Made by a program: the position numbers and the translations under genes. 64,000 nt of DNA from an uncultured Gammaproteobacteria bacterium (GTDB lineage Bacteria; Patescibacteriota; Patescibacteriia; Patescibacteriales; UBA12465): contig CAZXEE010000002.1 of NCBI GenBank assembly GCA_964639785.1, positions 15,273-79,272 of the forward strand, read 5' to 3'. Below, piece by piece: positions 55,350-64,000 of this stretch (position 1 is its first letter; every line of letters begins with the position of its first letter). A model generated the notes under the pieces. That model saw only the letters and a program-made list of their open reading frames with translations, was not told where the DNA came from and made no database searches.

Positions 55350-56062
55350 TGACTATGTTCAATTTTGAATCTTCCGACAATATAATATTAGGGATATCCA
55401 ATAGATATCAGGGTAATATGAGGGTCTTCGTGAAGAAAGATCACCCGGATACTATCCGTAACCGTGAGGTTTTCTTCGCTCCTTTTGACAAGAAGGTGAT
55501 AGCAGCTGACCTAGTCCATGGCAAGAGGGTGGTAGCGATCAAGGAGGGTAATCAGGAAGATATTATCAGGTCTTGCGATGCCTTGGTTACTGATCGCTCT
55601 GATTATCTTTTGACTATCACGGCAGCTGATTGCCTGCCAATCTATTTCTTGGATCGAACAAAAAGGATTATTGGACTGGCCCATGCCGGTTGGCGGGGAG
55701 TCTTGGAAGGGGTTGCTGGTGAGACCGTTTCAGTCTTTGAAAAAGAATTTGGTTCTTTGAGGTCCGATATTGAAGTCTTCATCGGTCCGCATATTGGCGT
55801 CTGTCATTTCGAAGTCCAGACTGAAGTGGCGGACAAGTTCTCGCCTTATCCTGAAGCTGTAATTAGACGGGAAGGGAAATTATTCGTTGACTTAGCTTTG
55901 GTTATCAAACAACAGCTTCTGGCTTTTGGTTTACAGAGTGGGAATATCAATATCAGCCCGGAATGTACTTTCTGTCTGAAGGATAAATATTTTTCCTTCC
56001 GGCGGGACAATCCGGGATTGGATGATTTGGAGGTGATGGTGGCTTATATCGGTTTGAAATAA
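55349..56062 (+). CDS. pgeF: YfiH/PgeF (DUF152) laccase-domain protein
   Basis: 'TITAADCLPIYF', 'GLAHAGWRG' and 'IGPHIGVCHFEV'. Confidence 0.85.
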   Translation: MTMFNFESSDNIILGISNRYQGNMRVFVKKDHPDTIRNREVFFAPFDKKVIAADLVHGKRVVAIKEGNQEDIIRSCDALVTDRSDYLLTITAADCLPIYFLDRTKRIIGLAHAGWRGVLEGVAGETVSVFEKEFGSLRSDIEVFIGPHIGVCHFEVQTEVADKFSPYPEAVIRREGKLFVDLALVIKQQLLAFGLQSGNINISPECTFCLKDKYFSFRRDNPGLDDLEVMVAYIGLK

Positions 56063-56098
56063 AAAAAGCTCTAAGTTAGAGCTTTTTTGTTTTTTTAT
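56061..56098. terminator. bidirectional rho-independent terminator
   Basis: Stem AGCTCT/AGAGCT between an A-run and a T-run. Overlaps the stop of the minus-strand ORF. Confidence 0.65.
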
Positions 56099-56300
56099 TC
56101 CTTTTTATTTTTTTCTTTTTTTTGAGGATGAGCTGGTGTTTAATTTCTGATATTAATAATATCAGAGTCATGGTGGTCAATGCGACCATCCACCAGGTCC
56201 ATTCATCTTTGGTTGATAATAGATTGTAAAGAACGAATGCTTCTAAAGTTACTAACAGAGATAGCATTGTTACTATTGAAATGCCTAGAATATTTTTCAT
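56076..56300 (-). CDS. small two-TM protein with poly-Lys tail
   Basis: 74-aa ORF with two hydrophobic helices. The Lys-rich C-terminus is encoded by the terminator T-tract, so the true end is uncertain. Confidence 0.4.
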   Translation of the reverse strand: MKNILGISIVTMLSLLVTLEAFVLYNLLSTKDEWTWWMVALTTMTLILLISEIKHQLILKKKKKIKRNKKTKKL

Positions 56301-56385
56301 GACTGCTTTTTTGGTGGGGGGTAAAAGAGCGTTATTCTATGAATTTATAATATGATCTTATTGGATATTTGTCAATTTGTCGTAA

Positions 56386-56420
56386 TAAAAAACAAGCTCT
56401 GAATCAGAGCTTGTTTTTTT
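56386..56420 (-). terminator. rho-independent terminator of the RRM-protein gene
   Basis: Stem AACAAGCTCTG/CAGAGCTTGTT. The T-run is on the minus strand. Confidence 0.75.
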
Positions 56421-56438
56421 GTATATCAATTATTGATA

Positions 56439-56708
56439 TTATCTGCGAGGTCTTGGACCATCAGTCATTGGGCGAGCGATGCTTACATTCAAGCGTCTGC
56501 CTTCGACTTCCTGGCCATTGAACATTGAGATAGCTTTTTCAGCTTCAGCTTCGGAGGACATTTCTACGAAACCAAAACCTTTGGAGCGGCCAGTCATGCG
56601 ATCTTTGATGATCACAGCTGATTCTACGTTACCGCAGTCAGCGAACAGAGCTCTTAAAGCATCATCGCTGAAGCTGTAAGGCAGGCCGCCGACGAATAAT
56701 TTCTTCAT
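56439..56708 (-). CDS. RNA-binding protein (single RRM domain)
   Basis: RNP2 'KLFVGGL' and RNP1 'SKGFGFVEM'. Confidence 0.9.
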   Translation of the reverse strand: MKKLFVGGLPYSFSDDALRALFADCGNVESAVIIKDRMTGRSKGFGFVEMSSEAEAEKAISMFNGQEVEGRRLNVSIARPMTDGPRPRR

Positions 56709-56829
56709 ATTCTTGGCGAATTAGTCTTTTTAATGGGTAAGTCGACTCTTTCTCGGATGGTCGCATTTTTTCGGCTAATCAGCGATTCGCCTAAGAAAAA
56801 GCATACTCTAAGAAAACTTACTGTCCTCA

Positions 56830-56858
56830 AGTTTAACGGACCGGGGCTTAATTGTCAA
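56830..56858 (-). promoter_or_regulatory. sigma70-like promoter giving a ~115-nt 5' leader for the RRM gene
   Basis: On the minus strand: TTGACA (56853-56858), 17-nt spacer, TAAACT (56830-56835). Confidence 0.45.
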
Positions 56859-56863
56859 GAAAC

Positions 56864-56896
56864 AAAAAAGCACTAGCTGGCGGCTAGTGCTTTTGA
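56864..56896 (-). terminator. rho-independent terminator of the beta-propeller gene
   Basis: Stem AAAAGCACTAGC/GCTAGTGCTTTT. The T-run is on the minus strand. Confidence 0.75.
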
Positions 56897-56903
56897 TTGA
56901 GGC

Positions 56904-58148
56904 TTATTTCAAGTCGACTTTGTATATCTTTTCGGTGGTCTTGTCGGTGAAGAAGATATTTTTCTGGTCATCGGAAACTACCAGGTTGGAGATATTATAT
57001 TTTCCATCTGGAACGGCTATTAGCTGCTTGGTGCCAGTGGTCAGGTTGATGCGGTATAAACTATCTTGGGTCTTGTCAGCCATTTCCGGGAATAGTCCGG
57101 AGCCGCGTTCTAGGCTATCCGGAACGGCGCAATAGATTTCTTGGTTGTTGGCAAAAGTACATTTGCTGGCCCAAGTATTAATCTCTAGGTCTTTGCGGTT
57201 GGTGCCGATATTGTCACCTTGGGCATTGGTTATCCAAAGCTTAGGTTTCAGGTCGGAGGTATTGTTGTAGGCGCTATAGAGCAACTTGTCACCCTTGTCA
57301 GACCATTCAGTCTGGACGCCTCGGCCTTCGACAGTGATTGATTTGAAATTTTCGCCATTCATTCCGACGAAGTATAGTTCTTGGCGATTGAAATCGACGC
57401 CCTTAGTATACATGGCTACTGTCTGGTTGTTGGGGGACCAAGAGGAAATGACCTTGTCGGCGTTCTCACCGATGAATTCCAAGGCTTGAGCTTTGGAGCC
57501 GTCGCTATTGGAAACTACCAACCAGCGGTTGTCAGGATCGGTTCCGATACTCTTTGAAACTAATTGGTTGCTGTCGGTACTGAAGTCGAAATCTTCCCAG
57601 TGCTTAGGTAGGGTGACTTGGCGGTTGGTATTGAAGTCATAGACGATGTTGGAACCATCCGGGTATTCCAGGACTGCCTTATTGGTGTTTGGAGACCAGG
57701 TAACGTTATCGACATTATGGAAGACTTTATCGGACATCGGGACTGCTTCGCCTTTTTCATTGATCTTATAGAACTTTCCGTCGGTTTTGTTGTAATATTG
57801 AACGTCTTTGCCGTTGCTGCTCAAGGTTGGAGCGAGGCTCGGTTCATTATTTAGGGCAGTTACCTTGGTGATTCCGCCCTGGGCGGTGGGGCTGACGACG
57901 GTGGTGGGAACTTGAGGGGTAACTGGAGAGACTGGGATTTCGCCCGGTCCGGTTGTTGTGCTTACTTGTTGGCCGCCAGTGCCAGCTGTCGGCAATTCTC
58001 CCGGGGTGGTAGTCGTTTCGGTGGTCGGTGGCAGGATGGTAACCTGCTGCTTGAAGAATAGCTTATAGATGAAGTAGCCCAAGACAAAAACGAGAGCTAG
58101 AAAGCCGATAATCAGGAAAATTTTTTTGTATCTTTCAAAAAAATTCAT
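56904..58148 (-). CDS. membrane-anchored TolB-like (PD40/WD40-like) beta-propeller protein
   Basis: N-terminal TM helix, a Thr/Pro-rich linker, and repeated 'W(S/T)P(N/D)...' PD40-like units ('TWSPNTNKAVLEY', 'SWSPNNQTVAMY'). Confidence 0.65.
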   Translation of the reverse strand: MNFFERYKKIFLIIGFLALVFVLGYFIYKLFFKQQVTILPPTTETTTTPGELPTAGTGGQQVSTTTGPGEIPVSPVTPQVPTTVVSPTAQGGITKVTALNNEPSLAPTLSSNGKDVQYYNKTDGKFYKINEKGEAVPMSDKVFHNVDNVTWSPNTNKAVLEYPDGSNIVYDFNTNRQVTLPKHWEDFDFSTDSNQLVSKSIGTDPDNRWLVVSNSDGSKAQALEFIGENADKVISSWSPNNQTVAMYTKGVDFNRQELYFVGMNGENFKSITVEGRGVQTEWSDKGDKLLYSAYNNTSDLKPKLWITNAQGDNIGTNRKDLEINTWASKCTFANNQEIYCAVPDSLERGSGLFPEMADKTQDSLYRINLTTGTKQLIAVPDGKYNISNLVVSDDQKNIFFTDKTTEKIYKVDLK

Positions 58149-58314
58149 TTGGTTTATTTTTAGGTTTATGTTATAATTATAAAGACAAAAAGTATTGTGG
58201 TATTTACTCTGATATTATATAATATAATCAGAAATAAGACAATCTGCTCTGGAAAAAACTCGTCATTAAGCTTAGTTTTTATTTTTTAAATAATAAATTT
58301 TCAATATTAAATAT

Positions 58315-59367
58315 ATGGGTTTATTTTCTTCCTCTGAGAATACTTATCTGGGCATCGATATCGGCGACTCTTCTTTGAAGATGGTGGAGCTGGCTAAGAA
58401 GGGAAAAAAGATCGTCCTTAGCAATTACGGTTTTAGTGAAGATTTAGGAAGTGCTAACAAGTTGACCAGTACTGATGATATCGAATATGTAGCTAAGCTG
58501 ATCAATAAGGTTAAGAAGGATATCGGTATTACTAGCGCCAATGCCAGCGTTTCTTTGCCGAGTTTTTCGGTTTTTTCTTCAGTTATTAATCTCTACAACG
58601 TCAACAAGAAGAATATCGCCGAACATGTTAATGAAGAAGCTAAGAAGGTTATCCCTTTGCCTTTGGAAGAAATGGTTTTGGATTGGAAAGAAATTCCGCA
58701 AGATGAAGATCCGAATAACCCAAGCAACAATACTAAGATTTTCTTGACCGGTAGTCCTAAGAAATTGATCAAGAAATATATCAATATCTTCAGTGCTGCC
58801 AAGATCAATTTGGTCAGCTTGGAAACCGAAACCTTTTCCTTAATCCGTTCTCTCTTGGGCAATGACAAGTCGACGGTTATGATCGTTGATCTGGGTGCTA
58901 ATAGCACCGACATCTGTGTGGTCAAGGAAAGCATTCCTTATCTCAACCGCAGCATCAATGTTTCAGGTAATACTATTACGGATGCCATCAGTCAGAAATT
59001 AGGGATTTCCAAGGAGAAGGCTAGCCAATTGAAATTTGACTTAGGCGTTGCCGCTTTGGGCGAGAATCAAGTGGCTGTACCGCAGATAATCATGGATGCC
59101 GTCGCTCCGATTATCAATGAGATCAAATATATGATTGAGCTCTTCGAGAATAGCAATAATGAAAAAGTAGAGAAGATTATCCTTTCTGGCGGTGGTTCGG
59201 TTCTGATCAATTTGGCTAATTATTTAGAAAATGCTTTAAATGTCCAAGTGATTATCGGCAACCCTTGGTTTAGGGTTTCTTATCCGAAAGAATTACAGCC
59301 GGTTTTGTCTGAGGTCGGACCGAGATTGGCGATTGCCATCGGCTTGGCCATGCGTAGTATCGAGTAA
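58315..59367 (+). CDS. pilM: type IV pilus assembly protein PilM (actin-like ATPase fold)
   Basis: 'YLGIDIGDSSLKMVEL' and 'VDLGANSTDICV...ILSGGGS'. Heads the pil cluster. Confidence 0.8.
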   Translation: MGLFSSSENTYLGIDIGDSSLKMVELAKKGKKIVLSNYGFSEDLGSANKLTSTDDIEYVAKLINKVKKDIGITSANASVSLPSFSVFSSVINLYNVNKKNIAEHVNEEAKKVIPLPLEEMVLDWKEIPQDEDPNNPSNNTKIFLTGSPKKLIKKYINIFSAAKINLVSLETETFSLIRSLLGNDKSTVMIVDLGANSTDICVVKESIPYLNRSINVSGNTITDAISQKLGISKEKASQLKFDLGVAALGENQVAVPQIIMDAVAPIINEIKYMIELFENSNNEKVEKIILSGGGSVLINLANYLENALNVQVIIGNPWFRVSYPKELQPVLSEVGPRLAIAIGLAMRSIE

Positions 59368-59384
59368 TTAATAATTTCTATAAT

Positions 59385-60155
59385 ATGCTTTCTAATCCAA
59401 ATAAACAGCCAGCTGGAGATAAGACCCCGTGGTACAAGCGATCAATCGATTTTTCTAATATCGATTTGAAAAAGATTTTTAGTTTTAAAGGACATAAGAA
59501 GAAGTTGGGATCCGCTGCTGTTAAATTAAATCTTAAAGATATCCGGTCAAAGTCTAAGAATGACGGTGTTGACGGTATTGGAGTAGAGAACCCGGAAATT
59601 TTGGATATTGATTTGATTAAGGATGAAGTTCCGGTTATTTTTGAAAAGAAAAAAAATCTTTATACTTTGGGAGCTTTTGTGATCCTGTCTTTTTTCTTAG
59701 TCTTTGAAATTTATTTTTTCCTCTATTCTTGGGAACGCCAGGAGATCAGAAAAAAGGCTACAGCCCTGGAAGAAGAAGTGGCTAGCTTGGATCAGGAAAT
59801 TGCTTCTTATCGCACCGATGCCGCTTTGGCCACTGATTTCAAGAACAAGATTACCAGTGCCAGCCCTATTTTCAACAATCATATCTATTGGAATAATCTA
59901 TTCTCATTTTTAGAAAGGAATACTTTGGCTGATGTCTATTATTCCGGTTTCTCTGGCGATACGTCAGGAGCTTATGTCCTCCATTCTTGGGTTAAGGATT
60001 TTCGGGCTATCAGTTTCCAGTTAAAGACTGTTTTGAATGATAATCATGTAGCTAATGCCAAGATCAGCAATGAAGAAGTTAATGGCGGTGACCAGAGCTT
60101 GGGAGTGAAATTCGATTTGGGCATGACAGTCAAGCCTGGAATCTTCACGGAATAA
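59385..60155 (+). CDS. PilN-like bitopic pilus assembly protein
   Basis: Cytoplasmic N-terminus, single TM helix 'LGAFVILSFFLVFEIYFFLY', a coiled coil, then a periplasm-side domain. Position after pilM. Confidence 0.5.
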   Translation: MLSNPNKQPAGDKTPWYKRSIDFSNIDLKKIFSFKGHKKKLGSAAVKLNLKDIRSKSKNDGVDGIGVENPEILDIDLIKDEVPVIFEKKKNLYTLGAFVILSFFLVFEIYFFLYSWERQEIRKKATALEEEVASLDQEIASYRTDAALATDFKNKITSASPIFNNHIYWNNLFSFLERNTLADVYYSGFSGDTSGAYVLHSWVKDFRAISFQLKTVLNDNHVANAKISNEEVNGGDQSLGVKFDLGMTVKPGIFTE

Positions 60156-60181
60156 AGTTATTATCTAATCATCTTTGTTAT

Positions 60182-60913
60182 ATGGAAAAATCTTTAAATA
60201 GTGAGTTGAAAAGCGGTTCAAAGCTGGGATCCAGAAGCTTGCATCAACCGATCGTTAGGGAAAAGACTACGGCCCAGAAGCATATGCAAAATCTGATCAA
60301 CCGGATGTTGAATGAGTATTTCGGTATCTTGGTAATCCTGGTTGTTCTGGTTATTTTAGCCGGTTCTTATTTTCTCCTAATCAAGCCTAAATACCAAAAA
60401 ATTGTCGCTTCTATCAATGCTACTTTTTATGAAAAGAATCAATTAGCTCCTAAGTATAAGGAGTTGAGCAATTATAAAGCTTTGATCGAAGCGTATAAAA
60501 AAGTTGACCCGGCTGATATTGAGAAAGTGTCAGGTTTGATTCCTAAGGAGTATTTGAAAGAAGATCTATTCACTGAAATGATTTATTTAGCCTCTACTAA
60601 GGATTTGGCGGTTAATGACCTGAATGTCGTTAAGGATGTCGACGCTACCGCAGCTACTTCTACCGGCGGTCGCCGTGTCGGTCCGGCCGGAGGTGCTACT
60701 ACCACTAGCCCTACGGCTGATCTAAGATTGCCTAGCGGTGTCGGCAGTTTCAATGTTAAGATCGTCTTGGGCAAGGTTACTTATCCGGCTCTGAAGTCTT
60801 GGCTCCAAGCCATGGAGAATAGTTTGCGGATAATAGATGTCAGGTCCTTGTCGTTTGATCCGAAAGCCAGCACCGCTACCTTGGAAATGACTACTTATTA
60901 CCTGAAAAAATAA
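60182..60913 (+). CDS. PilO-like bitopic pilus assembly protein
   Basis: Single TM helix 'FGILVILVVLVILAGSYFLLI', a coiled coil, then a C-terminal domain. Position after the pilN-like gene. Confidence 0.5.
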   Translation: MEKSLNSELKSGSKLGSRSLHQPIVREKTTAQKHMQNLINRMLNEYFGILVILVVLVILAGSYFLLIKPKYQKIVASINATFYEKNQLAPKYKELSNYKALIEAYKKVDPADIEKVSGLIPKEYLKEDLFTEMIYLASTKDLAVNDLNVVKDVDATAATSTGGRRVGPAGGATTTSPTADLRLPSGVGSFNVKIVLGKVTYPALKSWLQAMENSLRIIDVRSLSFDPKASTATLEMTTYYLKK

Positions 60914-60921
60914 TTTTTTAT

Positions 60922-61281
60922 ATGAAAAAAGTCTTCAAACTACTCGCTTATATCTTTGTTTGTTCTATCATTATCTTTGGCATCGTTTTGATTGTCTATC
61001 GTCAGAATATTTTTGATTATCTGAACTCTGTCAATAATTTGAGCCGGTCCTCAGAAGCGGCGCTTAATGATATCAAGAATAATAATGATCTGGCATCTGA
61101 TCCTTTGAATCTTGGCCTTTTGGATAATGCCAAGTTTAAGAAGATGCAAGCCACTAAAGTTGACCTGACCGGTTTGAATCTCAGTACTTCTACCGAGCCG
61201 ACGGAAGGCGGCGAGACTGAAGAACCGGAGGTTACCCCGACCTTCAAGGTGGGGAACAGCAATCCGTTTAAAGCATTTTAA
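60922..61281 (+). CDS. small bitopic protein in pil cluster
   Basis: 119-aa ORF with TM helix 'LLAYIFVCSIIIFGIVLIVY' and an acidic Thr/Glu-rich tail. Confidence 0.5.
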   Translation: MKKVFKLLAYIFVCSIIIFGIVLIVYRQNIFDYLNSVNNLSRSSEAALNDIKNNNDLASDPLNLGLLDNAKFKKMQATKVDLTGLNLSTSTEPTEGGETEEPEVTPTFKVGNSNPFKAF

Positions 61282-61295
61282 ATCCCATAAAAACT

Positions 61296-63059
61296 ATGTA
61301 TAAACCAGAAGAGCTTCTGGCTTTGTTGGAAAAGAAGAATATCATTACTTCGGCTAAATCGGCGGAAATAAAGAAGATGCTGGACAATCAAGAGATTGTC
61401 TTAGAGCCTTATTTGTTGAAGAACAAGGTTCTTGAGATTGAAGGTTTGGTAGAGATTAAAGCTGAGCTCCATCACTTACTATATAAGAATTTGCAGACCG
61501 AAACTATCAAGGATGAAGCTTTGAATTTTTTGAGTCGGGATATCGCTCGCAATTATTCTCTGGTCTGTTTCTACAAGGATTCAATCGTCGCTAAGATCGG
61601 CCTGGTTAACTATGACTTGAAAGCCATGGAAGCAGTTAACTTTTTGGCTAAAGGTCAGAATTTGAGAGTTGAATATTACTTGATTTCAGATAAGAGTTTC
61701 CGAGAAGTTTTCCGTAAATATGATAAGCTGGAAGAAGAGGTCTCGACTGCTTTGGAGGTTAAGGCTAAGGAGAAGTCTGAAGATTTGGTGGCGATCGAGG
61801 ATAAATCGGAGGTCTTGAAGGAAGAGGACGTCAATTCCGCTCCAGTGGCCAGAATCGTTTCGGTCATTATTCGTCATGCTGTTGAGAGCCGGGCTTCAGA
61901 TATCCATATTGAGCCTTTCATGAATGAAAGTCGGGTCAGGTATAGAATCGATGGTATCTTGCACAACTCTTTGATTTTGCCGAAGTCTATTCATAATTCG
62001 GTTGTGGCCAGAATCAAGGTCTTAGCTAAATTGAAATTGGATGAAACCCGTATCCCGCAAGATGGCCATATCCGCCTAGTTATCGATGCCCGCGAGATCG
62101 ATTTCCGTATCTCTACTTTGCCTCTCGGTTCGACTGAAAAGGTGGAGTTGAGAATTTTGGATCAGGCTAAGAATATAGCTAATTTGGAAGAATTAGGATT
62201 CAACAAGCATGTTTATAATACTTTGAAAGAGAATATCAAGAAAACTAGCGGCATCTTGCTTTTGACCGGTCCGACCGGCTCTGGAAAAACTTCAACCCTT
62301 TACTCTATTATCAATGTTTTGAATAAGGAAACTGTCAACATTTCAACCTTGGAGGATCCGATCGAATATCAGATCAAGGGCGTCAATCAATCGCAAATCA
62401 GGCCGGAATTAGGTTTTGATTTCGCTACCGGATTACGATCCTTCTTGCGTCAAGATCCGAACATTATCATGGTTGGAGAAATTCGTGATGAAGAAACTTC
62501 AGAATTGGCTGTCCATGCCGGTTTGACCGGTCACTTAGTGCTTTCGACTTTGCATACCAATGACGCTCTTGGTTCAGTTTTCCGTCTACTGGATATGAAG
62601 ATCGAGCCTTTCTTGTTGGCTTCCACTTTGCGCTTGGTCGTAGCCCAGCGTCTAGTTCGCCGTCTATGTCCGTATTGCAAGAAGGAAACCAAATTACCGG
62701 AGAAAGTTTTGTCAGAAATGATCGCTGTCTTATCGCAATTGCCGCTCGATGTAGTCCAGGCGGAAAATTTGAACATCAATACTTTTGAAGATATCCGGAA
62801 TTTCAAGTTCTATGAGCCGGTGGGTTGCGTCCGTTGTTCTAATACCGGTTATCTTGATCGTTTAGCTATTGCTGAATCCGTGGTTATCAATGAGGAGTTG
62901 AAAGATTTGATTATCAACCGTCGCAATGAATTGAATAATGATGCCGTCAGGCATAGCCAATTATTTGTTTCTCTAAAACAGGATGGTATTTTCAAAGTAT
63001 TGTCCGGTGTAACCAGTATCGATGAGGTGCTGCGGGTGGTTGAAATTGAAAATTTATAA
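61296..63059 (+). CDS. pilB: type IV pilus assembly ATPase PilB (GspE family)
   Basis: Walker A 'GPTGSGKTS', Walker B 'IMVGEIRD', His box 'TGHLVLSTLHTND' and a tetracysteine motif 'CPYCKK...CVRCSNTG'. Confidence 0.93.
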   Translation: MYKPEELLALLEKKNIITSAKSAEIKKMLDNQEIVLEPYLLKNKVLEIEGLVEIKAELHHLLYKNLQTETIKDEALNFLSRDIARNYSLVCFYKDSIVAKIGLVNYDLKAMEAVNFLAKGQNLRVEYYLISDKSFREVFRKYDKLEEEVSTALEVKAKEKSEDLVAIEDKSEVLKEEDVNSAPVARIVSVIIRHAVESRASDIHIEPFMNESRVRYRIDGILHNSLILPKSIHNSVVARIKVLAKLKLDETRIPQDGHIRLVIDAREIDFRISTLPLGSTEKVELRILDQAKNIANLEELGFNKHVYNTLKENIKKTSGILLLTGPTGSGKTSTLYSIINVLNKETVNISTLEDPIEYQIKGVNQSQIRPELGFDFATGLRSFLRQDPNIIMVGEIRDEETSELAVHAGLTGHLVLSTLHTNDALGSVFRLLDMKIEPFLLASTLRLVVAQRLVRRLCPYCKKETKLPEKVLSEMIAVLSQLPLDVVQAENLNINTFEDIRNFKFYEPVGCVRCSNTGYLDRLAIAESVVINEELKDLIINRRNELNNDAVRHSQLFVSLKQDGIFKVLSGVTSIDEVLRVVEIENL

Positions 63060-63065
63060 AATCAT

Positions 63066-64000
63066 ATGCCTATCTATCGTTATCGAGCTATAAATTCATT
63101 AGGGAAGAAGGTCTCCGGCCAAGTAATCTCTTACGGCGATGAGGCCGCCCAACATCGGGTGGAATCTTTGGGTCTGGAAGTCCTTTGGATTATTGATGTT
63201 ACCAACAATGTTTTTAATCGTTTCTGGCTTTGGTTGCAAAGGATTAAATCTCGCGATTTAGTGGTATTTTCTCGTCAATTTTCCTTGCTTATTTCTTCTA
63301 ATGTCGGTGTCGTCGAAGCTTTGGCAACGGTTCAGGATCAGACCGCTAACTTGAAATTGAAAAGCATCTTAGCCGAGGTTACCTATGAGGTTGATAGCGG
63401 CGCCCTATTGTCTGATGCTTTGCATCGCAAGGGTGGTAAGGTTTTTTCTCCTTTCTTTATTAATGTTATCCATGCCGGTGAAACTTCCGGTAAGTTGGAT
63501 GAGGTGTTGAATTATTTGGCTGATGAAATGGAAAAGGATTACGATCTGACCAGCAAATTCAAGAGTGCTATGATCTATCCGACAATCGTCATGATCGGTT
63601 TGGTGGGTGTCGGTTTTATCATGATGTTGTTCGTCATGCCGCAGTTAACGGCTATTTTGGAAGAGACTGGAGCGCAATTGCCTTGGGCCACCAGAGCAGT
63701 TATTTGGGTGGTTGATTTCTTGAATAAATATTTTATTGGAATCATAATCTTTATCGTGGCTTGTTTTGTCGCTTTCAGGCTTTTTGTCCGGTCTGATTTT
63801 GGCCGTTTCAAGGTTGATTATTTTAAATTGCATACCCCGGTAGTCGGCAAGTTGTTCCGCTTGGTTTATTTAATCCGTTTCTGCCGCGCTTTCAGTACCT
63901 TGCTCAGAGGTGGTGTGAGCATTACCAAGAGCTTGGAAATTAGTGGCGATATTATCCGCAATCGAGTTTATCAAAAGTTGATTGACACCACCATCGACCA
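63066..64000 (+). CDS. pilC: type IV pilus platform protein PilC (GspF family), 3'-truncated by window edge
   Basis: Not in the ORF track because no stop lies before the window end. My translation reads 'MPIYRYRAINSLGKKVSGQ...FSRQFSLLISSNVGVVEALATV...HAGETSGKLDEVL' with TM helices. Confidence 0.85.
   Translation, partial: MPIYRYRAINSLGKKVSGQVISYGDEAAQHRVESLGLEVLWIIDVTNNVFNRFWLWLQRIKSRDLVVFSRQFSLLISSNVGVVEALATVQDQTANLKLKSILAEVTYEVDSGALLSDALHRKGGKVFSPFFINVIHAGETSGKLDEVLNYLADEMEKDYDLTSKFKSAMIYPTIVMIGLVGVGFIMMLFVMPQLTAILEETGAQLPWATRAVIWVVDFLNKYFIGIIIFIVACFVAFRLFVRSDFGRFKVDYFKLHTPVVGKLFRLVYLIRFCRAFSTLLRGGVSITKSLEISGDIIRNRVYQKLIDTTID

Noticed and set aside
58220-58245. An AT-rich quasi-palindrome (CTGAT...ATCAG) in the pilM / TolB-like divergent region.
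   Set aside because: Only the outer 5 bp pair. The interior is simple AT repeat, indistinguishable from background in this AT-rich spacer.

Overview
The window is a gene-dense, moderately AT-rich bacterial chromosomal segment read with the standard code. I call about 75 protein genes and 3 tRNAs, with many hairpin/T-run terminators and sigma70-like promoters visible by eye. Gene content suggests a reduced Patescibacteria/CPR-like lineage, but this is inference and there is no rRNA here to confirm it.

Recognisable blocks:
- 1-8.9 kb: two histidine kinases, a cytochrome b5-like lipoprotein, a divergent DDxxD isoprenoid-synthase-like gene and a class B PBP.
- 9-10.5 kb: a type IV pilin fused to a 7-bladed beta-propeller built from 144-bp tandem repeats.
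- 10.5-17.4 kb: a CIRCE/HrcA heat-shock operon, hrcA-grpE-hsp20-dnaK-(HExxH orphan)-dnaJ-tatD.
- 17.9-25 kb: an F-type ATP synthase operon, interrupted between atpG and atpD by an opposite-strand gene.
- 25-28 kb: an orphan with beta-carbonic-anhydrase-like zinc motifs, then CIRCE-controlled groES-groEL.
- 28.1-39.7 kb: the most interesting region. It is a tightly packed ten-gene operon with a PrgI/VirB3-like protein, a VirB4-like ATPase, a giant VirB6/TrbL-like protein and six uncharacterised partners, ending in radA.
- 39.7-58 kb: small tandem paralogs, recG, tRNAs, and mixed housekeeping and orphan genes. These include an AT-rich islet next to tRNA-Ser with a methyltransferase frameshifted at a G7 tract, and an untracked 55-aa HiPIP-like ORF.
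- 58.3-64 kb: a pilM-pilN-pilO-x-pilB-pilC type IV pilus assembly cluster.

I saw no CRISPR array, transposase, integrase or rRNA. All functional calls come from motif reading by eye, with no database searches.
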